Translations under genes and position numbers: made by a program
Assembly: GCA_002633005.1 (NCBI GenBank)
Contig: NMRA01000011.1
Span: forward strand, 2,048,061 to 2,112,060
Direction: 5' to 3'
From: Phoronis australis
Taxonomy: Eukaryota > Animalia > Phoronida
DNA: 64,000 nt
The notes under the pieces: model-generated
Seen by the model: the letters and a program-made list of their open reading frames with translations, nothing else
What the model was told of the DNA's origin: nothing
Databases searched by the model: none
Part shown: one piece after another, positions 27,801-42,800 of the stretch
How positions within the stretch are numbered: position 1 is the stretch's first letter
How the letters are laid out: each line of letters opens with the position of its first letter

Positions 27801-30800
27801 TTAGGCTGAACATTCAGTGAGCAGAGATTTCTCAAAAATTATGCAATGACCCAATGTTAGAAATAATAGTATTGAATAAATCTTTGTTTCACTAATAACT
27901 TAAGGTACTTGTTTTTCAGTGTCCAACTTTTCAGTGAACTGAAGTCATAAACTCACGTCTTTTCCAGGAGATATAAGCAGTTTCAAGGAGCAGTGCTTTT
28001 GTAACTTTGAGTACCTGCTCGCCAAGGTCCACTCGTCATCTGTCTTTGACACGATTGTACACATTGAGTATGTTCTGGGTCATCACTTGGACCAGGACCT
28101 GGTCCTCGTGTTAGAGAGTATGAGAGCCTCAGAGGATATTCTTGTGGAAGACCCCCTGCAGCTGGCTTGTGAGCTCATTGGACGACTGCGAGAGACAAAA
28201 GGTATGGACTGAACGTTTTCTTTTTGTGGCTCCAAAACTTGAATATGCCTTGTGTTGTGTCAAAAATGTATCCATCACTCACAAAAAATACCCATCACTC
28301 ACAAAATGTACCGATCACTCAAAAAATGTACCCGTCACTCAAAATTCTCTTTACTTGCGAAATGTGCCCTTTCTTCACAAAATGTACCCATCACTCACAA
28401 AATGCATCCCTCATAAAATCTTCCCCTCACTCACAAAATGTACCCCTTACAAAATGTACACTCACAAAATGTACCCCAAAATATGTACCCATCACTAGCA
28501 AAATGTACGTCTCACTTGTAAATTGTACTCCTCACTCACAAAATGTACCTATATATCACTCACAAAATGCACCCCTTACAAATCGTTCCCTTCACTCACA
28601 AAGTGTACTCCTCACTTACAAAATGTACCCTCACTTAAAAAATGTACCACAGAATATGTACCCATCATTCACAAGATGTAACCCTCACTCACAGAGTATA
28701 TGCCTCATTCTCGAATTGTACTCCTCACTCACAAAATGTGCCCCTTACTAAAAAATGTACCCATCATTCACAAAATGTATGCCTCACTCACAAAATTTCC
28801 TCCTCTCGCACAATGTACCCATCATTCACAAAGTGTACTCCTCACTCACAAAATGTACCTTTCACGCACAAAATATATCCCTCACAAAATGTACCCATCT
28901 CACAAAGTGTACCCCTCGCTTTCAAAATGTACCCATCACTCACAGAGTGTACCCCTCACACAAAAGTTCCCTTCACTCAAAATGTACCCCTCTCAAAATA
29001 TGCCCCACAAAATGTGCCCCTCTCTTATAAAATTTACTCCACATTCACAAATGGTACTTCTCACTCACGAATTGTACATACTGATCACTCACAAAGTGTA
29101 CCCATGACCCACATAATGATCTCACTCACAAAATGTTCTACTCACAATATGTACTCCTCAACCCTCTCATAAAATGTTCCCCTCAATCACAGATTATATC
29201 CCTCCCTCACAAAATGTTCCACTCACTCACAAAATGTTCCACTCACCCACAAAATGTACCGATGACTCAAATTGTACCAATCACTCACAAAATATGCCCA
29301 TCACTGACAACCCGGGGTGAGAATTTTACACGTTTGACACTTGATAAACTTGTCCAGAGAAGTTCTGCACCATGTTACTACATCAGCATGACTAATCATG
29401 ACTAGTCATTACCCCTTATTTACAGCTGGGATTAACTGGAAAATCTAAAGGTGAAATTTTGGGTCATGAGAAAATTCTGCTGTCCTTCATATCAAATTTA
29501 CTGCTGCGCATCTGTTCCAACGCTTGAAAAATGGCAGCCATGTCAATTTATGGGGAATTTATGGCCATTAAAATTGAAAAAAAAATTGTTTTTCTATTAC
29601 ATTGCCGGTGTAATGTTGACTTGTTTATGTCATATGAATGAACTGCCTACTCAGTGTCTGTGGTACATTTCAGATTACTACTCCAGCCAGATTGAGTCAT
29701 TAGTCACACAATGTATGCATTGGTGCGATACATATTCCTTCCCCCTACTTGTACCTCTCACCTCATGGTTGACTCCCACCATGCCTGGTCTAGTCACATC
29801 GTGGACGTGTACAGATGTCATTGGTCCAGTTGCCGTCAGTCGTGACAACCAGACTGTTTTCTGTGTCATGAAAAACCACGAAATCCATATGTTTAATGTG
29901 CCAAGAAAAAAGCTTATGAAGAAATTCACTGGTAAGCTTTGTAACTGCTGGCTTAAAGTATTGTTTGAAATGTAGCAAATTCTGTGTCCAGGTGTTCTTG
30001 TTCAAATTCCCGCGGGAGGGAGCAACGAATATTTGGTGACTAATCTTATTATTTTTCTTGTTTCATATTGTCGTCACTTTGTCCGGATGTTCGCTCAATA
30101 TCTCAAAAACCTCTGGTCGGATTTTGTTGAAATTTGCTCAAGGTTCTGGGCTATCACTAGAACAGTGCATGCCACTTTTCAATCTTCCCTCCCCCTGGGG
30201 TCAGAGGGCATGGCTTTTCCTGTGTTCTTATGGGGGGAAGAGTGTTTCCGGATGATATATACTAGAGAACCGCGATTGACAGATTTCAAATGAATGAAAC
30301 TTAGCACAAGGTTGTGTGATGTTAATGCACCGCTAGGATTAAATTTTCCGGCATATTCAACATCTGCAGCACCTCCTAGTGGCTACTTTGTTCTCGATGT
30401 TAGGCTTTTCAAGTGTTGTTTTGGGAAGATCATTTTTCCAGATGATGTCTAAAGAACCGGTTGGCATATTTCAATTACACTTGACACAGAGATATATCAT
30501 GTGAATGCGTGGGCATCATTTGATTTTTGGGCAGATTCGACTACTCGAGTGCATCCAGCACCGTTTGATTTTTGTATGGACTTGACCACTGCAACACCTC
30601 CTAGTAACTATTTTGGGACGAGCTTTTCCAGATGGTATCTTTTGAACTGATGGATTTTAATGAAACATGACACAGAGGCAGTGATGTCAATGCTCATCAC
30701 AAATAATTTTTTGTGCAAATTTGACTGCTTCATCACCTCGTAGTGGCCATTTTGTTGTCAGAGGTAATTTTCATGTGTTGTTTGGGGGAACATCATTTCT

Positions 30801-33800
30801 TCACGGTGCCTACAAAACGGTTGACTCAGTTCAACGAAACTTGACACAGACGCCTGTGATGTCAGTGCACTGGACCCTTTGTTTTTGGGGTGGATTTGTC
30901 CATTGCAGCATCATGACAAGGAGTTTTTCAAATTTTGTTTGGGGAAGGTTTCTCGGTGGTATTTAGAGAATCGATTACTGGATTTCAATTCTAGAGAACT
31001 AATTGACAGATTTCAATGGAACTTGACTATGCCTTGTATGATGACAGTGTGGCAACACCACATGATTTTGGGGCTGATTCGACTACTGCAGCACTTGCTA
31101 GTGGCTCATATGTGATGCCCCTTGAGTGCATGCTAGTGCCCCATCGTTGCTCTGTTTAATTGGCACTTTCCTTTCTTTACCCTGATTCTGTTTTTTTTTT
31201 AAATTCATTATTATATTATTATAGGTCACACCAACTTGATTCACTGTATATTGCTAACTGAGGATAGCAGTCATCTATTGAGTGGGGCTGAGGACTGGAC
31301 AGTGCGACGGTTTGACTTGTCAACTGGCATCAACACAGAAACTATGAGGTTAGCACTTTTATGCACTCAACACATGTTTGGCTGCCGTCATCTCTGTCCA
31401 GGTTCCACATTAGGGCTTTCTTCGTTGACCTCAAGTTGTTTGGTCGGTAAGCAAACAAGTTGGCCAGTTGACCGGCCTAGCCAATATCGTACACTGTCAG
31501 CTGATTGACTTTGCTGTGGTGTGTTTGGTTTGAGAGCCTGATCTCCCTTTGTTCGATAGTTGCTCTAATCTCCGATTAGATGATATCTAGCCTGATGGAC
31601 TGTGCTATAAACTCCATGTACATAAACCAATTACAATTCTGAATTTCTCGTCAAATGCTGTTGGTGTTTATTTTTTGAATTACCAAAATCACCCATTACA
31701 ACCAAAGTTAAGACAACCTATTCTGTTCGATCGCATTACGAATACACTGAGTTTGACTGTGTTCATTACGCAGTCGATTATAGGATGCAACCATACTTTT
31801 CATCCATGATACAGCTAATACACAATTCCTTTGTTTGACCCAATACATTGCTTTTAGCCATATGCGACTTTAATAATTTGAAAGATATTTTGCCTCGTTA
31901 CTGGTTTTATTTAGTTTCGCGCATTACCATCATGCTAAGGTCATGTGGTTCCAATATGCTACGATTTTCGCTCCCAGTAAGACTGATCACCCCAGAACAA
32001 ACCTGCTTGTGAGCACCTTGACTCCTCAGAGTTTATAATGCTTGCTGGAGTCCACTCCCAACTGAAGCTAAGTCTTGTCATGGAACAGCTCCCAATGTGG
32101 ATAAAATAATTATTGACAAACCCAGAAATCATGACCTCGGTGGCATTTATTCATTAGTTGAAAACCTCAGTCTGTTACATGATGTGGATAGTAAATTCTG
32201 CAACCAACCTTGTCTGGTAAAGTCCTGGAGAACACCCTAATGTGGCCACTACCTAATTGCAGGATCTTCACGAATGTTGGGATTGAAAACAATTGATGGT
32301 GACTTTTAGACATATCCAGATGTTCCTGTGTCGCCTGTAAAGAATGTACTAGCAAAATTGTGATAACTGGCTATGACTAATAACTAATAGTTTCTGGGCA
32401 AATGTTTACCGTAATGAGGCAATTTCTTTTTACAAATGAGGCTTTCTCATTTAGCCTCACAATGTGTTGAAATAAGCACAATTAGCCATAAAAATGATTA
32501 GTGATAAGTGCTTGCCTTCCTCGAATTAATAAGCAATTAGTTTTTGCAAGGGCGCATTGCTACGCATTGTTTTGCAGAACTTCCATTGACAACTGACTTG
32601 AAGAACTTCAGAATCCTGGATCGAAATTCTGCAGAATTCCCACATATGTTGCAAATTCCCATTTATTATTATGTGCCTATATATACACATGTGTGTGCAT
32701 ATTGCCGTCACTTCTCTCTCTCTCTGTCTCTCTCTCTCTGTCTCTCTCTCTCTCTCCCTCCCTCTCTCCCNCCCTCCCTCTCCGTCTCCCTCGCCCCCTC
32801 TCTCTCAGTCCAGCTGCTCTTTGTTAATCTTGATGTAATGGAACTTTTGCCATCTGTAGAAGTTGTTGGAACTCAATATAGAAAGTCTCATTTGAAAAAA
32901 GATATTGCTTTCTGTTCAAGCTTACATCTGTTGGTGAAAATATGATCAATGCCTGCATGTGTATTCATTGTCTCTTCCTCATTGAATTGTTTGTTGACTT
33001 ACTTTGAAGTTGGCATGCTGTTTTTTGGTAGGGACCACGGTGATGGTGTTCTTTGTATGGTGTTGACCAAGGATGAGAGGTTGTTGATAACGGGGTCGAA
33101 GGACTACTCCTTTAAGGTTACCACTGTGAAGAGTATGACTGTACGACAGACAGTCACAGGACATTTGGGCCCTGTAACTGGCATTGCATTGAATTCATCC
33201 GACACCATCTTAGTAACAGGTTAGGCCCAATTGACAAACGGTGCATTTTTTGAAAAATGGCCTGACAATCGTATCAAGAAGCACCGGTATCACCGTGACA
33301 ACAATTAAGGCGTGTTCTGGGTGCTGTTGACACTTAGCACTGTTTTGCCGTCTCCAACTGTATTATGTTAATTTTTAAAGTTTTAAAGTCGCATGTATGT
33401 TTTTATGCACCCACATATAAATATGCCGTCATCTCTGACTGTCTGGCATCCGCAGCTGTATCTCCTAAACCCTTCGCAGGATCTTGATGAGATTTCGCAG
33501 ATGTGTTCCTGTGAAGCTGAAAACAAATGCCGACGGATCCAACCACCAGTGTGCTCTCTAGGGGCAATTTTAGTTTTTACGTTTACCTCCTGTATCTTCA
33601 AAGTTCCTCAACCTATTTTCATGAACATTAGGCATCTATTAATAAGGTGACGGTATCTCTAGGTTGCGGACGGATTCAAGGTATTTTGCGCCACTTAGTG
33701 ACCATTTTTACACTTTTCAAGTCAGTTTTTCGCGTCTGTCTCTCTGTCAACCAAACCACTTTAAGGATGATTGTAAAAATTATCATAATTATAATTATGT

Positions 33801-36800
33801 TCCTACTGTGAAGAAAGCAGCCAAAGGTAATTTTCCGACGACTTTGACTACTGTGGCACCTCCTAATGGCAGCTTTTTGACCCATAGCTGTATCTCTTAA
33901 ACCCACTGCAGGATCTTTATTAAATTTAGCAAGTGTATGAAGTTGATAACCTACATCAACGAAATTAATTCAGACAGATCTAACGAACAGTGTGTCCCCT
34001 AGTGGCAATTTGATTTTCTTCTATTTCCACTATTTGTCTGAAGTTCCTTGACGGATTTTTATGAAGTGCAGCAAATAGCTTTTTAAAGAAATGATGAGAT
34101 GCTCGTGTTTTCAGATGGATTCAAAGTATTTTTCGCCTTGTAGTGCCCATTTTTAATGTTTTCTAGTTTTGTTTTTGGCGTCCGCCCCTATATCAACCAA
34201 ACCACTTTAAGGATGATTGTGAAAATTCAATTGGCAGATATGTTAATGTGTTTAGAGGATGTCATGGTTGGCGATGATTTTCCGACAACTTAGACTACTG
34301 CACCTCCTAGTGGCAGTTTTGTTTTTTTGTGTCCATAGCTGTATCTCCTAAACCAATTGCATGCTTTTTGTATTTGTATGAAATTTTTTAGGTAGCTTTC
34401 TATTAAAGAAACAATGAGGCATTGATGTTTTGGGATGGTTTTGATGTATTTTGCGCCATCTAGTGGCCATTTTCAGGATACATTTAATCAGACCTAGAAG
34501 CACACTGTTTGTGGGTGCATTTTAATGTTCCGCGTCGCTCTTGTTAAAGATTTCTGAAGTCATTCTTGCAATTTTCCCTAATCCAGCATCACTTGTGGGT
34601 ATCTTATATCAATCGTCTAGGTTCAGCAGATGGTGCCATTCGTCTGTGGTATCTGGAAGATATGAGCCCTATGAATATCATTGAGGATCTACCAACACCG
34701 GTCATTTGCTTGGCAGTGTCCACTGACAACATATTTCTGGTGGCAGGTAAACGTTGACAGAAGCTGTACGTAAAATAGTTTCACATTCAACATTTTGTAA
34801 CTCAGAAATCAGACCCCCACTGTGCTACTTGACCAGCTGAAATTGAATTCCATGACATGCTGGGCACATTTTGAGTTAAATATTTTGAATGTGAGTTTCA
34901 GTTGTAATTTGGACATGGAATCATTTGCATATGTTTTCACTGACTGCTGATGGATATAGTGCAGTAAATTTTGTAGTTCCATCCAAATTTTAAAAACAAT
35001 GACCTAGACAACATTTTTATTGTCATCACATTTTTATTGTCCTCATTACATTTTCATAGTCATTTTATCATCATCATTACATTTTTATCGTCAACATTGC
35101 ATTTTTATTGTCATTGCATTTTTATTTTCAGCATTACATTTTTTGTCTTCATTACATTTTTATTTCCATCGTTACATTTTTATTGCCACCGTTACGTTTT
35201 TATTGTCATCATTACATTTTGCAATGCAGCGAGTTCTTACCAGGTCCTTGTCACATCAAGCTTTTTGTTGTGATATCCTAGCTTGTCATGTGATCTTGAT
35301 GAAACATTCTGGGACATGCCAGAGCTTGCAACCTTGGCTGAAAACGTGCCACAAATGTCGTACCATTTGCTGCGCTCTCTCTACCAATGTTGGTTGGTCT
35401 TCATGCATTTATATCCTGTTTTGGTTCTTGGTGTGACTGGGTCTTTTGGTATTAACTTGTTATTAAAATCATTGAGTGTCAATCTAAATTTGTGTGACAA
35501 AAAATTAGCACGTTAATTTTTTGTTGTCAGTAAGCCTTGCTGCTGAATATCAAAGAAGTTAAGTTTCTTTTACCATCACTTAATATTTACACTAACTACA
35601 TTGTATTTCCTGACCTGTTTACAACGTCTATCTTTTTGGCCAGGTTGTGAAGATGGTTGCCTCATGGTCAAATCTCTGACTACCGGCTCTGACGTCCATC
35701 AGCTACAGGGGCACCAAGGCAAGGTAAATTTCTGATGAAGAATAAGAAACAGTCATCAGGTCATGACAGCATGGTCATGTGGTACCCGTGGCATCTTCTG
35801 CCATCTGGTGGTGGATAGATTTACTTTGCTAGGATGAAGGGGACATGCACACTTAATGCCTTGTTAAAACTGTACTGTGTATTGTCTGTCCCCTGCGTCA
35901 CAAATGCTAACACGAAACAGAATGAAAAAACGCAGGTTTTCACACATCTTGGCAATTGTAGTTTTGAGTTTGTCTCTTGCATACTGCTTGAAGTACAATT
36001 TCAAGAAAACAGAATTTTGTCACAAATTAAGTCCCAACTAGTTGAATTTTAAATTGCCACTTTGTGTTTATTTGTAAAAAAGCAAACTGAAATGAAGAAA
36101 CAAGAGAATGAGTTGTCAGTTGTCTAATTGTCTTTTGTTACATATTTCTCTGCAGATCGTTGAGGTTGCCATAGCTACGGGCAGTCACCATGTTGTTGTT
36201 AGTAGTGATGATGGACAGGTATACCTGTACAATCTGCGTACATGTGAGCTGCTTTATGTGTACAGTCCTAACGACAGGCGCCTACCTGCCAGGATGGCCG
36301 TATCTACTAACAACGAGTTCGTCTTCTGCGTCTCTTGCGTTAGTAAAATTTCCACTTACTGTTTGCGCTAGATAATTCATTTTCATGTGAAGTCAAGTTT
36401 CCCAATAAATAGGTCGTAATATTTCAAGCACTTTGTTACATGGTGACCAGAAAATGTTTTGCGATGTATCCTAGCTAGTCTCAACAAATTTAGTCATTGC
36501 CAACGTACCATACCCATCCAGAATTTACATTCTAGGCTTGGAGTGGGTAAGTAGTCCCGATAGTGAACCGCATTTTCTCAGTCATACAACTGTCCCAGTT
36601 AGACCGTGTAACTAAACACATCTTAACAAAGATATTACTGTTGTGCCGAGAAGGTAATTGTTTCATTACCCACTTAGGGTTTTCATTAAGGTGGTTCAGA
36701 ATTTGCCCATGTTTGGCCATGATTGCCAAAAATGTCCACTCACAAACATGATGTCTGAGATATTGGTGAACTCTGTGGCCAAACCCAATTAATTCTGTGA

Positions 36801-39800
36801 AATGAAAGTATTGATTATCTGGTGTCCACAATAAAATACTACACAATAGAACGCCATCTGGTGTTACAGCAACAGTATTGAAGGGGTCACAGGGTCACCC
36901 CAGGTTGTGATTCTTACAGTCTAAAATCATTCAACTTTACTTTGAAAAAACCTCTCTAATTTATCTTAAGAATAAAATTCGAAGATTGATTCTTTATTAT
37001 TTAAACTGCAACCTGGTTATAGAGAATGCACGTTATTGAAGTATTATGTATCTGACAGAAGATATTAACTCAACATTTTTGGTGTCATGCTGGTCATCCT
37101 AGATGGTTAAACCCTCAATATCTTTAAAATTCATTACAAGTCATGTCATGCTTGGTTTTAAGAGCCTGATACTTGATTTTCTCAATTTAAAACCCCTTGA
37201 TATTAGCCTAGATGATTATGAGATGTTGAATTCAAGTAAACTCGAAGTCTTTTGAGAGGAAATGGTGCTAGTTTTCTGGACAGTGAAAGTCTTGTTCAAT
37301 TATTAACCAACTTTAAAACTGATCAATGCTTGAATTATGGTTTGTTAATGAATTGACCGGTGTATTCTTGTGACCATTTACCATGTAAATTGCTTTACAT
37401 GTAAGTGTCAAGTTCCAAAACAAATTGTGTCAAAAAATGGGAATTAATTTAAAGTTTAAAAATCTAAATACTGATCAAATTTCAAATAACAATACTGGTG
37501 CATTTTTGGCCATATTTTAAGAATTTGTACAATTTGTTTTCCAGAATCTGATCAGTGTGTGGAATGTGTGCAAGCGCTATTCAAACAAGATGCAAGATGA
37601 CGGCCATACAGCTGCCATCACGTCCATTGTATTATCAAGAGATGGAAAAACAGCTGTGTCAGGTCTTCTATTTTCTAGTCTTGTCACCAGGTGTCGGGGC
37701 TTTCGTAGACATTTATTGAATGTTCCCAGCTAGGGACGAGTGGAGTTCACTGAGTGCTTGCTTGGGAAGATTCGCCATGGCAAACTTAAACCATGAGTTT
37801 TCTCGTTTTCTTCTTTGGTTTGACTTTAAAATTAGTGGAAACTTCAAATTAAGTCACCAAAATCATTTAGATTCACTTGTGAACCCAATTCTCGCTTAAC
37901 ATATTGCGTTTCAATCTTAACTTGACTCGTCTGAGGAATTGTATTGATGTTAATGTTACATTAATTTCTGTTTCACATTTAATGTTTTATAATCTGCCAT
38001 TAGGTTCTGAGGACCACCTTGTCAAGTTGTGGAACTTGGATACAAGTAACCTGCTTGATAACTTGATGGGGAACGATGCTGTGGTCACGTGTGTTGGAAT
38101 TGCTCCTGACGAAGCATTTGTAGTGTCTGGTTTGAAGACCGGCAACGTCAAAATATGGAGTATAATCATGGGCACAGTCGTCACCAATTATCTGGTTTGT
38201 GTTGGTGCTACATTTTCGTTCAACAACTCATAGTTTCATTCAACCATTCCTTCTTATATTCCTCTTGCCCTTTCCGTTTGTCTCCTTATCGTCTCATTGG
38301 TTGTCTTATGACCCCTTTTATCGTCAAATCTCATCTGTCCCTGTCCATTAGAGAAAATTAGTGTTTATATAACATCTTGGTGTATTTGACTGTGTTACTC
38401 ATGTAGCGAGCTGGTGTACAATTTTCTATTTTCTGCTCAATTAATTTCTTTCAACTGATTTCAACTATTAAACTACAAGGAATTTCTTAAAATGCTTGTT
38501 ACAAATTAATGTTTCAATGTTCTGGAATCACATTAAAGAATTTTTGTCTTATCTGTGTCTCACTAGTTTCAGAGGCCACCATGCGATTATCATTCATATG
38601 AGGAAATGTTTGTCAAAATTCTTTGTCTTGATTTCATAGCAGGTTTCTGGCTTTTTTCAATATTCAATTTTTGACCTTTGTCTAAACTGTCAACCACTAA
38701 TTTCCAGGGTCATCATTCGGCCATCAGTCATGTGACAGTACTTAGTGACAGTCTACGTGTTGTTTCTGCCGAGAGGGATGGTGTCATTCACATCTGGATG
38801 GCTGATAGTGGAGACTTACTATTGTTGTGCAATGGACCGACGGAACTTATCGCAGTCTCTGGCAATGACTTGTGGGCGACTTCAGGTGCTGGCGATGAAA
38901 AGTAGGTGATACTGAAGAACAATAGTCAAATTTAATTGCAAAGTTGGTGATAATTTCGTTTTGATGAAGCATAACTGTACACTTAGTCGCACGTAGAAGA
39001 AAAAGAAGGGTGTCATATTATTTTTATGTGCTATTGACAAGTTTACAATAGGTCTTATGTTAAGTACAAACTAGAGATTTTTAATATAATCATGAAATCT
39101 AAGAGTCTTTCCCCATAAACTATTACCTGCTTCGCATATGCTTGACTGGTGATTGATTCTTAAGAGCCCAGGGTAGTAAGCAACTGTCATAGGGCAGGAG
39201 ATAGCAGCCCTGTAGGAACAAAGGAATGTCTAATATAACTCAGTAGGCCTGGACGAATATTAGTTGATGTTTTGTTAATTCCAGTTTGACCATTTGGAGG
39301 GTGGACACTGGGGATGCCAAGCAGAAGTTGACACATAGTGATGTTATTACCTGCGCGCAGTTCTCCACAGACTCACAGTATGTTATTACAGGATCGGCTG
39401 ACATGTCACTCAAAGTGTGGGAGACTGAAACGGGCAAGTTGACCCAGGTATACCAATTCACGTTTTGGTGTTTAAAGGGGGTGGACTTCCACACTGATGC
39501 ATGGCGGGCTTTCCTACATTCCTGAACTCAATGGCATTCTTCTCTTACACCACGATCCTCCCATTTCCTTATTACGCATATTTTGACCTTGCTCACGACC
39601 TCTTTTCACTTCCTGCAAACAAGTATCTATTCTCTCCGTAAATTTTCGAGGATTGGATCACTGCTCTGGTAATCAATGCTTAACCTGGAGTAAGTGGAGT
39701 TTGGCCAGTACAGTCACAAATAATAGTAATTAATAATTATATATATTCTGTCTGCTGGCAGCATTTAGTCATAGCTTTATAAAACAAATTAGCAGATTCT

Positions 39801-42800
39801 AAAACAAGTTTTTGTCTATTTGAAATAGGTGGTAATTTCAACTCATCCACTTAATAAATCTTTGAAGCAAAATTGTGGTCAGTACCTCTCGCCAACCCTA
39901 AAATGTTGAGAGCTCATTCGAAAATTTACAGGGATTTTATCAGTTTTACAGCGGAAATCGCATCTCTGGGATTGTTGCTNNNNNNNNNNNNNNNNNNNNN
40001 NNNNNNNNNNNNNNNNNNNNNNNNNNNNNNNNNNNNNNNNNNNNNNNNNNNNNNNNNNNNNNNNNNNNNNNNNNNNNNNNNNNNNNNNNNNNNNNNNNNN
40101 NNNNNNNNNNNNNNNNNNNNNNNNNNNNNNNNNNNNNNNNNNNNNNNNNNNNNNGCTGTAGCCTCAACAGTGGTGATGTCACCGTCTTAGTTCGTGGAAA
40201 TCGTAACCATAATATGATTTCGAAGTTAGAGCCATCGAAGTCCGTGGGTTTAGGGCATACTGGACCGTGAATTTCGCGTCTGTACTGCAAGGGTCAATAC
40301 TATGAAAATAAAATCCCTGGAGTGAGAGCTTTTCGCGGTGTAAGAACTCACTCACTAATCCATCATCATGGGCGCGTGACAGGAGACCGGTGACTAACTT
40401 AAAAAAACGCAAAAAGATGCAGTTTGGCGTTACACAAACAACTTGAAATCAACTGCGGGCGAAGACTGCTAAAATAGCTGCGTTTACAAAATGACTACAG
40501 CGTTGTATTGACCGGGAAGCAACCGATCTAATACATCTTGTTAACGTCAGGAGTCAAATTAAAAATCAAATGTAAAGAAAACTTTCACGATTTTCATCCA
40601 AAACTTGTTGCATTGTCCATAACCCAATGTTTACTATTACCGCTGCCTTCAACCTTCGAATTAGTGGTATTACACAACCGACGTGAATTCATGTAACCGA
40701 GACAGTAAAACTAGGTTAATTTATTTGACCCTGTGCTAAGACGAATATGCATCGACACGTAAAGTGGTATCAGCCTGACAACCTATTACGCAACTGCTAC
40801 TCTAGCCTAAAAATAGCAGCCGACCAGCTGGTCGGCTGATGGCCGGTCTGCTGAAGGGTCGGCTGAAGGGTCGGCTGGGGAGTCGCCTTATGAGTCGGCA
40901 CTGCGGGCGGCTGCCAGTCGGCTAATTTTTAGCCGACCGGTCGGCAAATCAGCCGACCGGTCGACGGCTAGTCGTCGACCAATTTCCGACCGGGCGGCCA
41001 AAAATTCGTGATGTGTGCTGTATGCCTTGAGTGAGTTACTCTATGGTTATAGGAAATAACTGTCCAACTGGAATGACTGACTGGATTTGCTTTGAGACAT
41101 ACTCAGCTTAATAGTTAAACAACACTCTGTCATATCTGTCAGGGGTCAAGGCACTGAATTTGCTGATAACGTGTATCAGAATCAGGTTTGGGTGAAATCT
41201 CTTAAAACAGGGTTTTCATAATTTTAGTAAGATCCTTTGATGTTTACAAAAGGATTTCTTCCCAATTGTTCAAAATTTTATTGTGAATATTTCATTATAG
41301 TTAACTTATCCATTTTCTTTCCAGTTTTGATATTTAGTTGTCCTTCTTAACAGTAGACATGCAGGAACAAACCACCATGTTTCCTGATTTGCAACTAGTG
41401 TCATTCAATGTTTGCTGTATGTACTTCAGGTATTAGTTGAGCATGAGAACTCAATCAGCTGTGTGGCCATCACCCGTGACAACCAGAACATTGTTTCTGG
41501 CTCACATGACAAGAACCTCATAGTGTGGTTGCTAGACACCGGGGCTGTCCTGCACAAACTGACCGGCCACCATCGGGCAGTCAATGTGGTCCAACTGACT
41601 TCTGACAGCTCAGTGGCAGTGTCTGGTAAGTATTTTAAAAATCAGTTAATATATGTGTTCTCCGGCTCTTGTTGTTTGGATATTTCTGGAAGAATAGTTC
41701 ATTTAATAGGAGGTGATATCTTGCTCGCTTGGTACATAACACAAGTGGTGCGCATAATTCTTTCCCTGATCATGACTGCTGATTTCACTTACAGCAGAGA
41801 TATGACCGGTAACGATTTGTCATTCTGGCTTAGTTGATATTTTTATTTAGTTGTGTTTTCAATTTCCGAGCAAATCCCGTCATGACAGATAACTTCTTTG
41901 ATAGCAAATTCCACTTGCACTCGGCCTTTGTGAAGGGGAATTAGTCATTTCATTAGTAGTTTGACATACACTAGACTGAGCACTGATGAGTCTCATGAAG
42001 GCCTGACATCTGTTGTTTGGATGATAAACTATAACTTTTATTGACTTCACTTATGTAAAATTGAACATCACAAATCACAGCACAATAATACAAACAAATC
42101 ACCATTGGCGACATGTAGGTTCCAAGGATGGCAGTATACGTGCATGGTGTATGAAGACAGGGACATGTCTGGCGCTCTTCGACATGCACCGACCGGTGGT
42201 ACACCTGAAGATCACCGCCACCGCCAACCACATCGTGGTCCTTCTGGAAGGTTGTCGGTACTTACCTCTGCTGTGTCTGCACAACACACCGGCCATGCCA
42301 GTCGACAGGTTTCATCATGCGAGCCAGACGAGTGTCAGAGTTGATGATCCAGTTACCACTGTCACAGGTAATGATTATATGTGTAATATTGACAAGTAGT
42401 GCAGCAATAGTTGCTAACAAAGAGATATTCTGTGAATCAATGATGCCAGGGCAGCTGGAGCTGGTCGTCTGTGCTCTGTTTCGTGATAGTAATTCACTTT
42501 TGAATTCACAAGTCGCAGACTAGTAATTTGCATACAGTCTGTATCTACGGGAAATTATTTCGCACAAAAGTAATTGCCAAAACTGATATTTCCTGTTTTC
42601 CATTAATGTCCCACTGCAAATGATAGAGTCTTTACCTATTATAATTTTGATTGATAATACTGTGCTCAGTACGAACTAAGCTACTGATTGACTTTAATTA
42701 AAGAAAAGATCTTAATTTTTTCATTTTGAAATTGAGGAATAATACAATCCCTTGTCCAACCTGTCACGTGCTTATCAGAAGACAAATTTTAATTTTAATA

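Noticed and set aside
28142-29405. Cluster of long overlapping ORFs (His/Thr/Pro/Cys-rich)
   Set aside because: Artefact of the stop-poor 20-bp minisatellite inside an intron; open in all three frames.
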